Part shown: in pieces, positions 10,109 through 18,447 of the stretch
How positions within the stretch are numbered: position 1 is the stretch's first letter
Layout of the letters: every line of letters begins with the position of its first letter
Assembly: GCA_963745035.1 (NCBI GenBank)
Contig: CAVUVW010000009.1
Location: 1-58,414, forward strand
Direction of reading: 5' to 3'
Length of the DNA: 58,414 nt
DNA from: an uncultured delta proteobacterium
GTDB taxonomy: Bacteria > Desulfobacterota > Binatia > UBA9968
The notes under the pieces: generated by a model
The model's input: only the letters and a program-made list of their open reading frames with translations
Told to the model about the DNA's origin: nothing
Database searches by the model: none
Position numbers and translations under genes: made by a program

Positions 10109-11866
10109 ATGGCGGACACGCGCGCCGTTGCCGCGGCTTCCGATCTCCCGACGATTCGTTATCGCCAGCCGTGGCGCGGCTGGTCGCAATCTCTCGGCAT
10201 CGCGTTGCTGATTGCGGTAGTCGTTTGGCTGGTTGCGATCCCGCTCGCCATGGTCGTTTGGGGAGCGTTCCGCGACGGAGCGCCGGGGACTCCCGCTACC
10301 TTTACCTTCGGTAATTTCGTTCGCGCCTACTACAACGTCGGCCTGCTGCAGGCGATTCAGAACTCGTTGATCTTTGCTTCGGGCGCGTCGCTGATCTCTT
10401 TTTTTGGCGGGACGATGCTTGCTTGGATCACGGAGCGGACCGACGCGCCGTTGCGCCGGGTGATTTACGCCCTGGTTCTGGTCCCGGTGATCGTCCCCGG
10501 GATTCTCTTCGCGACGTCGTGGCTGTTTTTGCTCAACCCGACGATCGGCGCGCTGAACAAGTTCGTCGCGTACTGCTGCGGCATCGAGACGCCGATCTTC
10601 AACGCCTACAGCATGGGAGCCATGATTTGGGCCGAGGGCGTGGATAATTTCAGCCTGCCTTTTCTCCTCATGGCGGCGGCCTTTCGCTCCATGGATCCGG
10701 CACTGGAGGAAGCGGCGCAAACAGCCGGCGCCGGTGTCTGGACAACCATGCGCACTGTGACGCTGCCGGTGCTTCTACCGGCTGTTCTGGCCACCCTGCT
10801 ACTATCGTTCATTCGCGCCATCGAGAGCTTCGAGGCCCCCGCCATCATGGGTATCCCGGCGGGAATCTCGGTGTTCGCCACCGAGGTGTGGCTGTCGGTT
10901 TCGCGCACCCGTCCCGCCGACTTCAATCTGTCGGCCACGTTTGCCATGGGTTACCTGCTGGTCACCGTCGCGGGCGTCTATTTCTATCACCGCGCGACGA
11001 AAATGTCCGAGCGTTACGTGACAGTGACCGGCAAAGGATACCGGCCCAACCGTCTCCGCCTGGGCGCCTGGCGCTGGCCCGTGACGTGCCTCAGTCTGGT
11101 TCTTCTCGGCGCTTCAGTCTTGCTGCCGCTTTTCATTCTGATCTGGACTTCGTTGATGCCTTTCTACATGGTCCCGTCGTGGCAAGCCTTGTCTCTCGTT
11201 TCGCTGGAGAACTATCGGCAGGTCTTGGCGCTGGATGCAGCGTACGACGCGTTCGTCAACAACCTGATCGTCGGCGGCTCGGCCGCGGCCATCGGCGCAC
11301 TGTTGTCGGCGGTGATCGGCTGGGTGGTGATTCGGACGCGCCTGCCGGGCAGGCGACTGTTGGATATGTTGGCCTTCGCGCCGATCGCGATCCCCGGAAC
11401 AGTCATGGGCATCGCGCTGTTGTGGCTTTATCTGACCTTGCCGATTCCGATCTACGGAACCCTGTGGATCTTGCTCATAGGCTTCCTGGGCAAGTACATG
11501 ACCTTCGCCGTGCGCTCCACCTACGCTTCTCTGACGCAAATTCACAAAGAGCTGGAGGAGGCGTCCACGTCCTGCGGCGCCCCTTGGGTGAAAACGTTTT
11601 TCCGCGTCACGTTGCCGCTGATGGCGCCCGGTCTGCTCATCGGCTTTCTTTTCATTCTAAGCTTGAGCTTCCGCGTTCTGGGTTTGCCGGTCATGATCAG
11701 TCACGTCCACACCCGGATGATGCCTTCGTTCATTTTCACTCTTTACGACGAAGGAAAATATGAAGTGCTGTCGGCGCTGGGAGTCATGATCATGCTCTTT
11801 CTTCTCGTCATCGCCGCAGTGTCGCGCTATGTCGCGGGAAGATTCGGCGTCCAAGAAGGCCGCTGA
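10109..11866 (+). CDS. ABC transporter permease, FbpB/ThiP type with two fused TM domains
   Basis: Two EAA loops (DPALEEAAQTAGA, HKELEEASTSCGA); about 12 hydrophobic segments. Confidence 0.93.
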   Translation: MADTRAVAAASDLPTIRYRQPWRGWSQSLGIALLIAVVVWLVAIPLAMVVWGAFRDGAPGTPATFTFGNFVRAYYNVGLLQAIQNSLIFASGASLISFFGGTMLAWITERTDAPLRRVIYALVLVPVIVPGILFATSWLFLLNPTIGALNKFVAYCCGIETPIFNAYSMGAMIWAEGVDNFSLPFLLMAAAFRSMDPALEEAAQTAGAGVWTTMRTVTLPVLLPAVLATLLLSFIRAIESFEAPAIMGIPAGISVFATEVWLSVSRTRPADFNLSATFAMGYLLVTVAGVYFYHRATKMSERYVTVTGKGYRPNRLRLGAWRWPVTCLSLVLLGASVLLPLFILIWTSLMPFYMVPSWQALSLVSLENYRQVLALDAAYDAFVNNLIVGGSAAAIGALLSAVIGWVVIRTRLPGRRLLDMLAFAPIAIPGTVMGIALLWLYLTLPIPIYGTLWILLIGFLGKYMTFAVRSTYASLTQIHKELEEASTSCGAPWVKTFFRVTLPLMAPGLLIGFLFILSLSFRVLGLPVMISHVHTRMMPSFIFTLYDEGKYEVLSALGVMIMLFLLVIAAVSRYVAGRFGVQEGR

Positions 11867-12052
11867 GAGCGAAATCCAGCGGTATGCGTGACTGTGCGCA
11901 GCTATCCGTTCACGCTGAGTTGCGGCTTCTTCAATTCTCTCCCTGCCTCGGCTTCCGCGCCTCTTGCTGGAAGCTCCGCCTGGGTTCGTAGCTGGGGCGA
12001 ATAAACATGGAGAAATGGTCTGAGCCAAAGTACGCGAGGCGCTTGAGTTCGA

Positions 12053-12089
12053 GGAGCATTGAAGATCATGAGAGATTTTTCAATGCTCG
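12053..12089 (-). terminator. Stem-loop downstream of the small membrane peptide gene
   Basis: GAGCATTGAAGATC...GATTTTTCAATGCTC inverted repeat; no clear U-tract. Confidence 0.4.
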
Positions 12090-12117
12090 CCGACAGGAGG
12101 AAGTCGTCCGCGTGATT

Positions 12118-12228
12118 TTATGTGCAGCCGCGCACCATGAACAGCAACAGCAGGATCGGTATCGGGATACCAATCGCCCAGAGTAGGATCCAGCCTATCG
12201 CGCCTTTTTGATCTTTCAGGATTTTCAT
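12118..12228 (-). CDS. 36-aa single-pass membrane peptide
   Basis: MKILKDQKGAIGWILLWAIGIPIPILLLLFMVRGCT*; RBS GGAGGAGG at 12233-12240; sigma-54 promoter upstream; below the ORF-track size cut-off. Confidence 0.8.
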   Translation of the reverse strand: MKILKDQKGAIGWILLWAIGIPIPILLLLFMVRGCT

Positions 12229-12267
12229 GATCCCTCCTCCATTCACTTCACTTTGAATAGAAAAAAG

Positions 12268-12283
12268 GCAATCGATGTGCCAG
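12268..12283 (-). promoter_or_regulatory. Sigma-54 -24/-12 promoter
   Basis: Minus strand CTGGCAC-ATCGA-TTGC matches TGGCAC-N5-TTGC. Confidence 0.75.
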
Positions 12284-12389
12284 AGGCAATTACTCGATAT
12301 TCCGCAGCCTTTGCTCGTCGATGGACCGCTCGGTTCGGCGTATGTGGAGGAGAAAAGCCGACAGCGCGACGCTTTGCAGTCCTTTTGAG

Positions 12390-13310
12390 TTAGCGGCGAA
12401 CGAGCTTGCCAAAGCCGGCAAGAATCAGCAGCGCGAGCGCGATGAACAAGGCGGCGAGCAGCACGAGGAGATGGGTGGGCGCGCGCATGTCTGGCGCTTT
12501 TGGTTTTGGCACATCCGACCAGTTGGCTTGAAACTTTCCGCTATCGAAGTCGTAGACGTAAACATTGTCCCACCCGAAGCAGTGGATGGGCTTAGCGAAG
12601 TTCAGTTTGGTTCTTTGCGTATCGGCCGGAACGTCGCCGGCCTTGTAGATGCAGGTGTTGAACGTCAGGGCGACGTTTCTCACGCCGCTCCCGGCGACGA
12701 ACGCTCCGGCGGGGTAGTCAATCAAATACACCACCGGCTGTGTCGGCTTTTCGGCGCCGTAGAACTTTTGCGTGCGCTCCTCATAGGAGCCGGGCTTATT
12801 CCAGCGCATTAAATAGAACCGGCCGTATTCCGGATCACTGTTGTAAGCGGGATCGCTGTCCTGGGAATCGATCACCCAGTCATGAAAGCAAAACGGAACA
12901 TCGGCGCCGAAGCTCGGCACGATATCGCGGACGATCGTGTGAACCTTGCCGCCACCGTCCCTCGAGCTGTAAAAAACGCAGCCTTTTTTGAACTGAACGA
13001 CGGCATATTTCTCGAGGGAGTCCACCGACGCAGTCTCGTATTCCATGATCGTGCCGTTGCCGTAGGTAGGATGATCGGGATCGTCGCTGAACCAAACTTC
13101 ATAGACCGAGGTCGTGAGAGTGAATCTTTTAAGATCGCAGGTGCCGGTCGACAGGCAGTCCGGATTGGCAAAGACCTGCCTGGTCTCCGAGAGCGTGTGC
13201 ATGTGCCCTTTGCCGTCAAAGTGGCCGTAAGCGTTGCCAGAGAGAAGGAAGAGGTAGAAAGAAAGTAGACTTAAACAGCAGGCATAAGGCAACCGAATAC
13301 GCATGGGCAA
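12390..13310 (-). CDS. Exported Cys-containing hypothetical protein with C-terminal membrane anchor
   Basis: N-terminal signal-like segment ending NAYG; aromatic-rich body; Pro/Lys linker, hydrophobic helix and KLVRR tail. Confidence 0.75.
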   Translation of the reverse strand: MPMRIRLPYACCLSLLSFYLFLLSGNAYGHFDGKGHMHTLSETRQVFANPDCLSTGTCDLKRFTLTTSVYEVWFSDDPDHPTYGNGTIMEYETASVDSLEKYAVVQFKKGCVFYSSRDGGGKVHTIVRDIVPSFGADVPFCFHDWVIDSQDSDPAYNSDPEYGRFYLMRWNKPGSYEERTQKFYGAEKPTQPVVYLIDYPAGAFVAGSGVRNVALTFNTCIYKAGDVPADTQRTKLNFAKPIHCFGWDNVYVYDFDSGKFQANWSDVPKPKAPDMRAPTHLLVLLAALFIALALLILAGFGKLVRR

Positions 13311-13424
13311 CAGGTACCAGGCAATAATAAAACAGATCGTTCAAGGTCGGATCGAACGAAGGGTGCGAAGGTCTTTAAACCTTGGCTCCGGTCGAGCCGA
13401 CACGAATGCTAGTCTTGCTTCGTT

Positions 13425-14051
13425 CTACTTGGCTGCCGCCGCGGCGGCTTCGTATTGAGCAGTTCCCTTGGCCGGGATCGTCCAGAAATACACGGTGCCG
13501 CCGTCGGCCTTGAGCGTCTGCTCGGGTTTCCAACTGCCCATGTCGAAGGCGTGGGAGACGATCCGGGTTCCCGGCTTCAATTCAGCCAGAAGTTTCGGAA
13601 GCAATTTCAAGTTGAGGCTGGGCAGCAGATAGAGCGTCACCACCGTGGCGTCGCTAATTTTCGCCTCGAACAAATCTTCGTTGAGGAAACGCACGCGGTC
13701 GCCGACGCCTGCGGCTTTGAGGTTGGCCTGCGCCTCCTTGATGCGTTCGGGATTAATGTCGATGCCGACCGCGCGCGCGGCGTTATACTTTTGCACCGCC
13801 ATGATCGGAATGCGCCCGTCGCCTGAACCCAGATCGTACACCACGTCGCTCTTGCCTACCTTGGCGACTTTGAGCATGGCTTCCACGGCTTCATAAGGCG
13901 TCGGCACATAGACGACGTCGGGGGAGCGGAGTTGCGCGCCGCCCGTGCCCTCTTGCAGTTGCTGCGCCTGGCTCGGCGCCGGGGCAGTGATCTCATAACC
14001 GATTAGACAGAGCGCCAGAGCCAGCAAGTACGATCGTGTTTTGGTCTTCAT
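13425..14051 (-). CDS. Class I SAM-dependent methyltransferase with N-terminal signal peptide
   Basis: DVVYVPTP, VYDLGSGDGRI, ATVVTLYL, LKPGTRIVSHAF; RBS GGAGG. Confidence 0.9.
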   Translation of the reverse strand: MKTKTRSYLLALALCLIGYEITAPAPSQAQQLQEGTGGAQLRSPDVVYVPTPYEAVEAMLKVAKVGKSDVVYDLGSGDGRIPIMAVQKYNAARAVGIDINPERIKEAQANLKAAGVGDRVRFLNEDLFEAKISDATVVTLYLLPSLNLKLLPKLLAELKPGTRIVSHAFDMGSWKPEQTLKADGGTVYFWTIPAKGTAQYEAAAAAAK

Positions 14052-14379
14052 GTTTCCTCCTGTTGGTTTAGAGACGTTTGGAGCTAGTTTGAACTCTCAC
14101 GGGCGGTCCAGCTTGAGCTCCCTAGCAAGTAGTCGACCGCCACCATTTCGGCATGTGCCGATAACTCGGCGCGCCTGCTTCGTCAGGGTTTCTCCTTGAT
14201 GCTCGTAGAAACCACTTAAACGTGCTCGCGTCAAGGGTTTTCAGCCGGATCTCGAATTATCCGGAGCCTGGCACAATGCTTGGTTAACCCACGATTAGAG
14301 TCGAATCATCAATCGGAGTGAGCGGATGTGGGCTCTCTTCCGAAACGAAAATTTAACTGCAATGGAACAAGGAGGAGTC

Positions 14380-15111
14380 ATGTTTTTAGCGATGAAGGGA
14401 AAGGCCGCGCTCGTCACCGGCGGATCGCGCGGCATCGGTCGGGCGATCGCCGAGCGCCTCGCGGCGGAAGGTGTTGCCGTCGCAATCAACTACACCCGCA
14501 ACGAACAACTGGCGTATGAAGTCGTCAAAGGGATCACGTCTAAGGGCGGCAAAGCTGTCGCTTTTCAGGCCGATGTTTCGAAGCCTGCCGAAGTGCGCCG
14601 CATGTTCAGCGAGGCGGAAAGCGCGCTGGGAGGTCTGGATGTCGTCGTCGCCAACGCCGGCGTCCATATCGAAAAGCCGCTGATCGAAAACACCGAGGCG
14701 GAATACGATTACGTTTTCGACATCAATACGAGAGGCGTATTTTTCACTCTGCAGGAAGCTGCCCGTCGAGTGCGTGACGGCGGCCGCATCGTCGTGGTAT
14801 CGACCGGCGGCACGAGGATGCATTTTGGCGGCATGTCGCTCTACCTCGGCAGCAAAGGAGCCATCGAGCAGTTTGCGCGCTCACTGTCGATTGAACTAGG
14901 CCCGCGCAACGTCACCGTAAACGTGCTCTCGCCGGGATTTACCGCCACCGACATGCTTCCGGAGCAGTATCGTGAATATGGCGCGAGCCTCTCGCCCTTC
15001 AAGCGCGTCGGCGCGGTCGAGGACGTAGCAGATGTAGCCCTGTTTCTCGCCAGCGACGGCGCGCGTTGGGTCACCGGCCAGAACCTCCAGGCGGGTGGTG
15101 GTGTGACCTAG
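14380..15111 (+). CDS. Short-chain dehydrogenase/reductase (SDR)
   Basis: TGGSRGIG, ANAG, YLGSK, NVLSPG; RBS GGAGGAG before ATG 14380. Confidence 0.93.
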   Translation: MFLAMKGKAALVTGGSRGIGRAIAERLAAEGVAVAINYTRNEQLAYEVVKGITSKGGKAVAFQADVSKPAEVRRMFSEAESALGGLDVVVANAGVHIEKPLIENTEAEYDYVFDINTRGVFFTLQEAARRVRDGGRIVVVSTGGTRMHFGGMSLYLGSKGAIEQFARSLSIELGPRNVTVNVLSPGFTATDMLPEQYREYGASLSPFKRVGAVEDVADVALFLASDGARWVTGQNLQAGGGVT

Positions 15112-15159
15112 CGGGCGGGAAGACGTCTGAGGCTCGTAAAAACAGTTCGACTTGAGAGG

Positions 15160-15453
15160 AGAAATCGTTCCCGGCACGAGCAACTCGAACGACGCGATGA
15201 CGGACAGCATTCAAGGTTTGCGCCCTGACGGTCGTTTTGTTCTGATGGGCTTCGAGGCCAAGCCGCTCAGGCTTTCCCCGGGCGACCTGATCATGAAGCG
15301 CATTTGCGTTACCGGCTCGCAGCAAAACGGCCGCGAGTATCTCCCACGAGGCGCTCGACTTTGCCGCGAAGGGCAAAGCGAAAACCATCGCCGAAACCTA
15401 CTCGGAGCGACATCAACAAAGCCTACGAACGTGTTGTCGAAGGCAAGGTGCAA
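15160..15453 (+). pseudogene. C-terminal fragment of a Zn-dependent (MDR) alcohol dehydrogenase
   Basis: Pieces in shifting frames: TSNSNDAMTDSIQGLRPDGRFVLMGF, GSQQNGREYL/HEALDFAAKGK, DINKAYERVVEGKV. No N-terminal domain. Confidence 0.7.
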
Positions 15454-15475
15454 AAAGCAAAGAAGGGATACGCCC

Positions 15476-15688
15476 ATGAAACTCTCGTTCGTGCCGCTGT
15501 TACTCGGCGGCGGATCGCTTTCTCTCGAAGCGCGCAGCGCCCTGATTGAAAATCGCCGCGCCGATGCGGCGGTTTTGCTCATGCAGCAATTCGACTTGAA
15601 CTGCCGCGAAGCGGGCGAGCTGGTGGATGTGTCGATATGCGACGAAGAAAAGCCCGAGCGGCGCGCGCCGGGCATTTGCCGCGCCTGA
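15476..15688 (+). CDS. Hypothetical protein (70 aa)
   Basis: ATG after AAGGGA; MKLSFVPLLLGGGSLSLEARSALIENRRADAAVLLMQQFDLNCREAGELVDVSIC. Confidence 0.5.
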   Translation: MKLSFVPLLLGGGSLSLEARSALIENRRADAAVLLMQQFDLNCREAGELVDVSICDEEKPERRAPGICRA

Positions 15689-15867
15689 CGAGTACGCCAT
15701 TGAGCAGGGGAGCGCATCCCGTCGCCGTGACCTTCGACTGAGTTTTGGTTTGCAATGCGGAAGTGTCGAGACGTGGGTGGTCGTCCGCTCGGGGCCAATT
15801 TCCGAAGAATCTCCGGTTGCTCGGATCTCCGATGACTAAGCGCGCAACGCCGATCCTGCTGAGGACG

Positions 15868-15966
15868 ATGCTCCAGGCGCAGGACCAGCTTGCGCAAAGC
15901 GAAACGAACACGGCGATGGCGCTGGTGGCGGTGTACACGGCTTTGGGCGGCGGCTGGGAGAAGTAG
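15868..15966 (+). pseudogene. C-terminal remnant of an outer-membrane efflux factor (NodT/OprM family)
   Basis: AQDQLAQSETNTAMALVAVYTALGGGWEK* matches the family's terminal LYKALGGGW signature; the rest of the gene is absent. Confidence 0.7.
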
Positions 15967-16174
15967 AGCGAGATGCACGCCGCCGGTGCTCATTCCCCCA
16001 CAGCTTGCCACAGACAGTTCATCTTCCTTGGCTTGCCGGCTCTCCGCCTGAATTTCGGCGCGTGCCGAAGGGCCGTCACGCCGCTCTCGGCGCAATTTCC
16101 CCGCATGCTGCTGCGTCCCTATGGATCTCGTGTGATTTTCCCCGCTTCCGCCCGCCGGCGCCGTCCCGACTCCT

Positions 16175-16190
16175 TTGGCACTTATGTTGC
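16175..16190 (+). promoter_or_regulatory. Sigma-54 -24/-12 promoter
   Basis: TTGGCAC-TTATG-TTGC, 36 nt upstream of ATG 16227. Confidence 0.75.
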
Positions 16191-16226
16191 CATACTGATT
16201 CTCAGGAGAGGAAAGGTGACGGACTC

Positions 16227-16409
16227 ATGAAACTCGAAATTCCATTGCTGACCGGATTGGCGTTCCTTGGAACGCAACTGTTAATGCGCGCGCAGATTCA
16301 AGGTTTTGAAGCGGCGCTGCTGTCGAGCGGTGTCGAGTACGGCCTGCGCGGGTGGCGCGCAGCGTCGAAACGGCTGCGCCGGACGTTGACGCACTGCACC
16401 GAAGGTTGA
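16227..16409 (+). CDS. Small hypothetical protein (60 aa)
   Basis: Purine-rich RBS (GGAAAGGTG); first ORF after the sigma-54 site. Confidence 0.45.
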   Translation: MKLEIPLLTGLAFLGTQLLMRAQIQGFEAALLSSGVEYGLRGWRAASKRLRRTLTHCTEG

Positions 16410-16466
16410 CGCGATGTGTCAACTTAATCTCAGCCGGCTTTCAGCCGTATCGGGCCTGAGGGAGCG

Positions 16467-16883
16467 ATGATGGCATTCACAAATAAATCGTACTTGGGCA
16501 GCGGCAAAGCTCTGAGGTACGCGGCAGGCGCGCTGGTGGCGGTTCTGATCGGTTCCAGCGCCGTCAGTGCGGCGGATACGGGATGGGGAACGCACTCAAT
16601 CTCGGCGTCCAGCGACGCGGCCCAGCGAGCGTTGAAAGTAATCCAGTCCTCGCCGCTGGTCGCCGGCGGCGTGAACCTCGGCACGGCGGTTCTCTATGAC
16701 GATCCGGCGACTCGTCGGGCAGCGGATTATCTGGAGCTTTACGACGGCCAAGGAGGGCTTGTCGTGGTTTCCTGGTTTGACAGCTTCGGCATTCAACGAA
16801 TCGCCGTGGACCGCGCGTTCGTCGCCGGCGAGGAAGGGCTCGAAGGCGTTTTTGTCGCGGTCGTCGACGATAGCTTCATCTGA
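16467..16883 (+). CDS. Exported hypothetical protein
   Basis: GAGGGAG RBS; hydrophobic signal ending AVSA; beta-rich C-terminal half (YLELYD..LVVVSWFDSFGIQRIAVDR). Confidence 0.7.
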   Translation: MMAFTNKSYLGSGKALRYAAGALVAVLIGSSAVSAADTGWGTHSISASSDAAQRALKVIQSSPLVAGGVNLGTAVLYDDPATRRAADYLELYDGQGGLVVVSWFDSFGIQRIAVDRAFVAGEEGLEGVFVAVVDDSFI

Positions 16884-16894
16884 ACGGCCCGGCG

Positions 16895-17170
16895 ATGTTG
16901 AAGATCACGATCATCGATGGCGGCGACCGGACAGTCTTTGAGCTGGAAGGAAAACTCGCCGGACCCTGGGTCGAAGAAATGAAGGAGTGTTGGCGCAAGG
17001 CCGCCGACGCCGACCGCCAAGTCGGCGTGTTGCTCAAGCAGGTGAGCTTCATCGACAACGCCGGCAAGGCGCTGTTGATCGAGATGTGCCGCGGCGGGGC
17101 GGAGATCGATGGGGAAGGGTGCATGACGAGCGTGACCGTCGCGGAAATAAAGGGAGGATGTAAATCATGA
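16895..17170 (+). CDS. STAS-like (anti-sigma factor antagonist-like) small protein
   Basis: MLKIT..FELEGKLAGPWVEEM..LKQVSFIDNAGKALL resembles the STAS V.FIDS.G motif, with Asn at the phospho-Ser position. Confidence 0.7.
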   Translation: MLKITIIDGGDRTVFELEGKLAGPWVEEMKECWRKAADADRQVGVLLKQVSFIDNAGKALLIEMCRGGAEIDGEGCMTSVTVAEIKGGCKS

Positions 17171-17535
17171 GCGGGCGAATTCACGAAGTGAACGACGGTA
17201 ATTTTGAGCAGGTGGTGCTGCAATCCGACCGCCCGGTGCTGGTGGATTTTTGGGCGCCTTGGTGCGGCCCGTGCCGCGCGCTGGCGCCGACCCTCGATGA
17301 GATCGCGGCCCAATGGGCGGACCGCGCACGGGTAGTGAAGCTCAATGTCGATGGCAGCCCGAAAAGCGCCGCGGGGTTCTCGGTGCGCGCGATTCCGACC
17401 TTGATTCTTTTCAAGAACGGACGGGAAGTCGAGCGCTTGCTCGGCGCCATCGACAAAACCGAAATCGAGCGCAGGCTCGAACCGCACCTGGAAGCAGGGA
17501 GCGAAATGGGGGAAAAGCATGGAAGCGTACTCTAG
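17167..17535 (+). CDS. trxA: Thioredoxin
   Basis: PVLVDFWAPWCGPCR, VRAIPTLILFKNG. Confidence 0.95.
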   Translation: MSGRIHEVNDGNFEQVVLQSDRPVLVDFWAPWCGPCRALAPTLDEIAAQWADRARVVKLNVDGSPKSAAGFSVRAIPTLILFKNGREVERLLGAIDKTEIERRLEPHLEAGSEMGEKHGSVL

Positions 17536-17935
17536 CGGCAGCGCCAGGGAAGAATCGAGTTTCACCGCGGACGAGCGGGTGTCGTCGCTGTTTCAACCCG
17601 ACACTCTGCTCTCGACTCAGTACTTTGAAAATCTCCGCCGCAAGACGCTCTTCGAGCCGGAGAAGCGGCTCATGCTGGCGATTCTCGAGGACGGCATTCA
17701 CTGCTACTTCGATAATCTTCACGCGAGCGGCGGCAAAAAAAAGCGTCTGTTCGAAGACGCCGAGGCTTGGATCGTCGCGAGCGACGACGATTGGGTGTTT
17801 TCATTCGAGAGCGTTTGCGATGCGCTTGGCTTGAATCCCGAGTATGTGCGTCAGGGATTGCTCCGCTGGCGAGAAAAGAGCGGCAATACGCGCCGCGGCC
17901 GCAACAGCGAAGCGCCCGCCAAGTTGGCGGGATAA
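17519..17935 (+). CDS. Conserved-looking hypothetical helical protein
   Basis: LFQPDTLL..QYF, PEKRLMLAILED, FSFESVCDALGLNPEYVRQGL; good codon bias; overlaps the trxA end. Confidence 0.75.
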   Translation: MEAYSSGSAREESSFTADERVSSLFQPDTLLSTQYFENLRRKTLFEPEKRLMLAILEDGIHCYFDNLHASGGKKKRLFEDAEAWIVASDDDWVFSFESVCDALGLNPEYVRQGLLRWREKSGNTRRGRNSEAPAKLAG

Positions 17936-17969
17936 GGAGAACGAAGTCAGGATTGGCGAGGAGGTCCAT

Positions 17970-18152
17970 ATGAGCTCATGGGTAGCGGTTTTCGGTCAAA
18001 GTCCGGTGAACAATGCTCCCTACAACGGCGATCGGCTGCCGGAGCAGATCTGGCGATGGCCGACGGGAACATGGTTTCAAACGCGCGTGCGCTATCTGCG
18101 CCAGTGCAATAACGAGCGAGCAGTGCGGTCTACCGCCGCTCGCGGGCGGTAG
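17970..18152 (+). CDS. Small hypothetical protein (60 aa)
   Basis: Strong RBS GAGGAGGT then ATG 17970. Confidence 0.45.
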   Translation: MSSWVAVFGQSPVNNAPYNGDRLPEQIWRWPTGTWFQTRVRYLRQCNNERAVRSTAARGR

Positions 18153-18156
18153 TTTT
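18130..18156 (+). terminator. Rho-independent terminator candidate
   Basis: CTACCGCC-loop-GGCGGTAG followed by TTTT. Confidence 0.55.
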
Positions 18157-18447
18157 GGCATGAACGAGGCGCATATGAGAATCGCGGAAATCGACTGGCC
18201 GCTTTTTTGGCAAGCGCTGCGCCAGCAGGACCCGACCGTGAGAGAGCGTTGGCTAGCGCGCTGGGTCTTCGCCGACGATACGGTGAGGCTGTCGCGGCGG
18301 CCTGGGCGCGAAAAGAAGCGCTAAGCGTTCGCGGCTGTCGCGAGACGGCGCGGTCTCCGCCCATTTTGCCGTCGAATCGAAGGAATAAAAACAAACCCCG
18401 CCGGATTGCCGCGAGCGGGGTTGTTCCAGAACATTTTCGACCTGGCG

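Noticed and set aside
14269-14283. Third sigma-54 promoter upstream of the SDR (TGGCAC-AATGC-TTGG)
   Set aside because: The -12 element is GG rather than the near-invariant GC; possible but not supportable.
18160-18324. Small ORF MNEAHMRIAEIDWPLFWQALRQQDP...
   Set aside because: It lies after a terminator-like hairpin with no clear RBS; plausible but unsupported.
11867-18400. Integrative element or prophage
   Set aside because: No integrase, transposase, phage genes, tRNA target or flanking direct repeats were found; treated only as an accessory patch.
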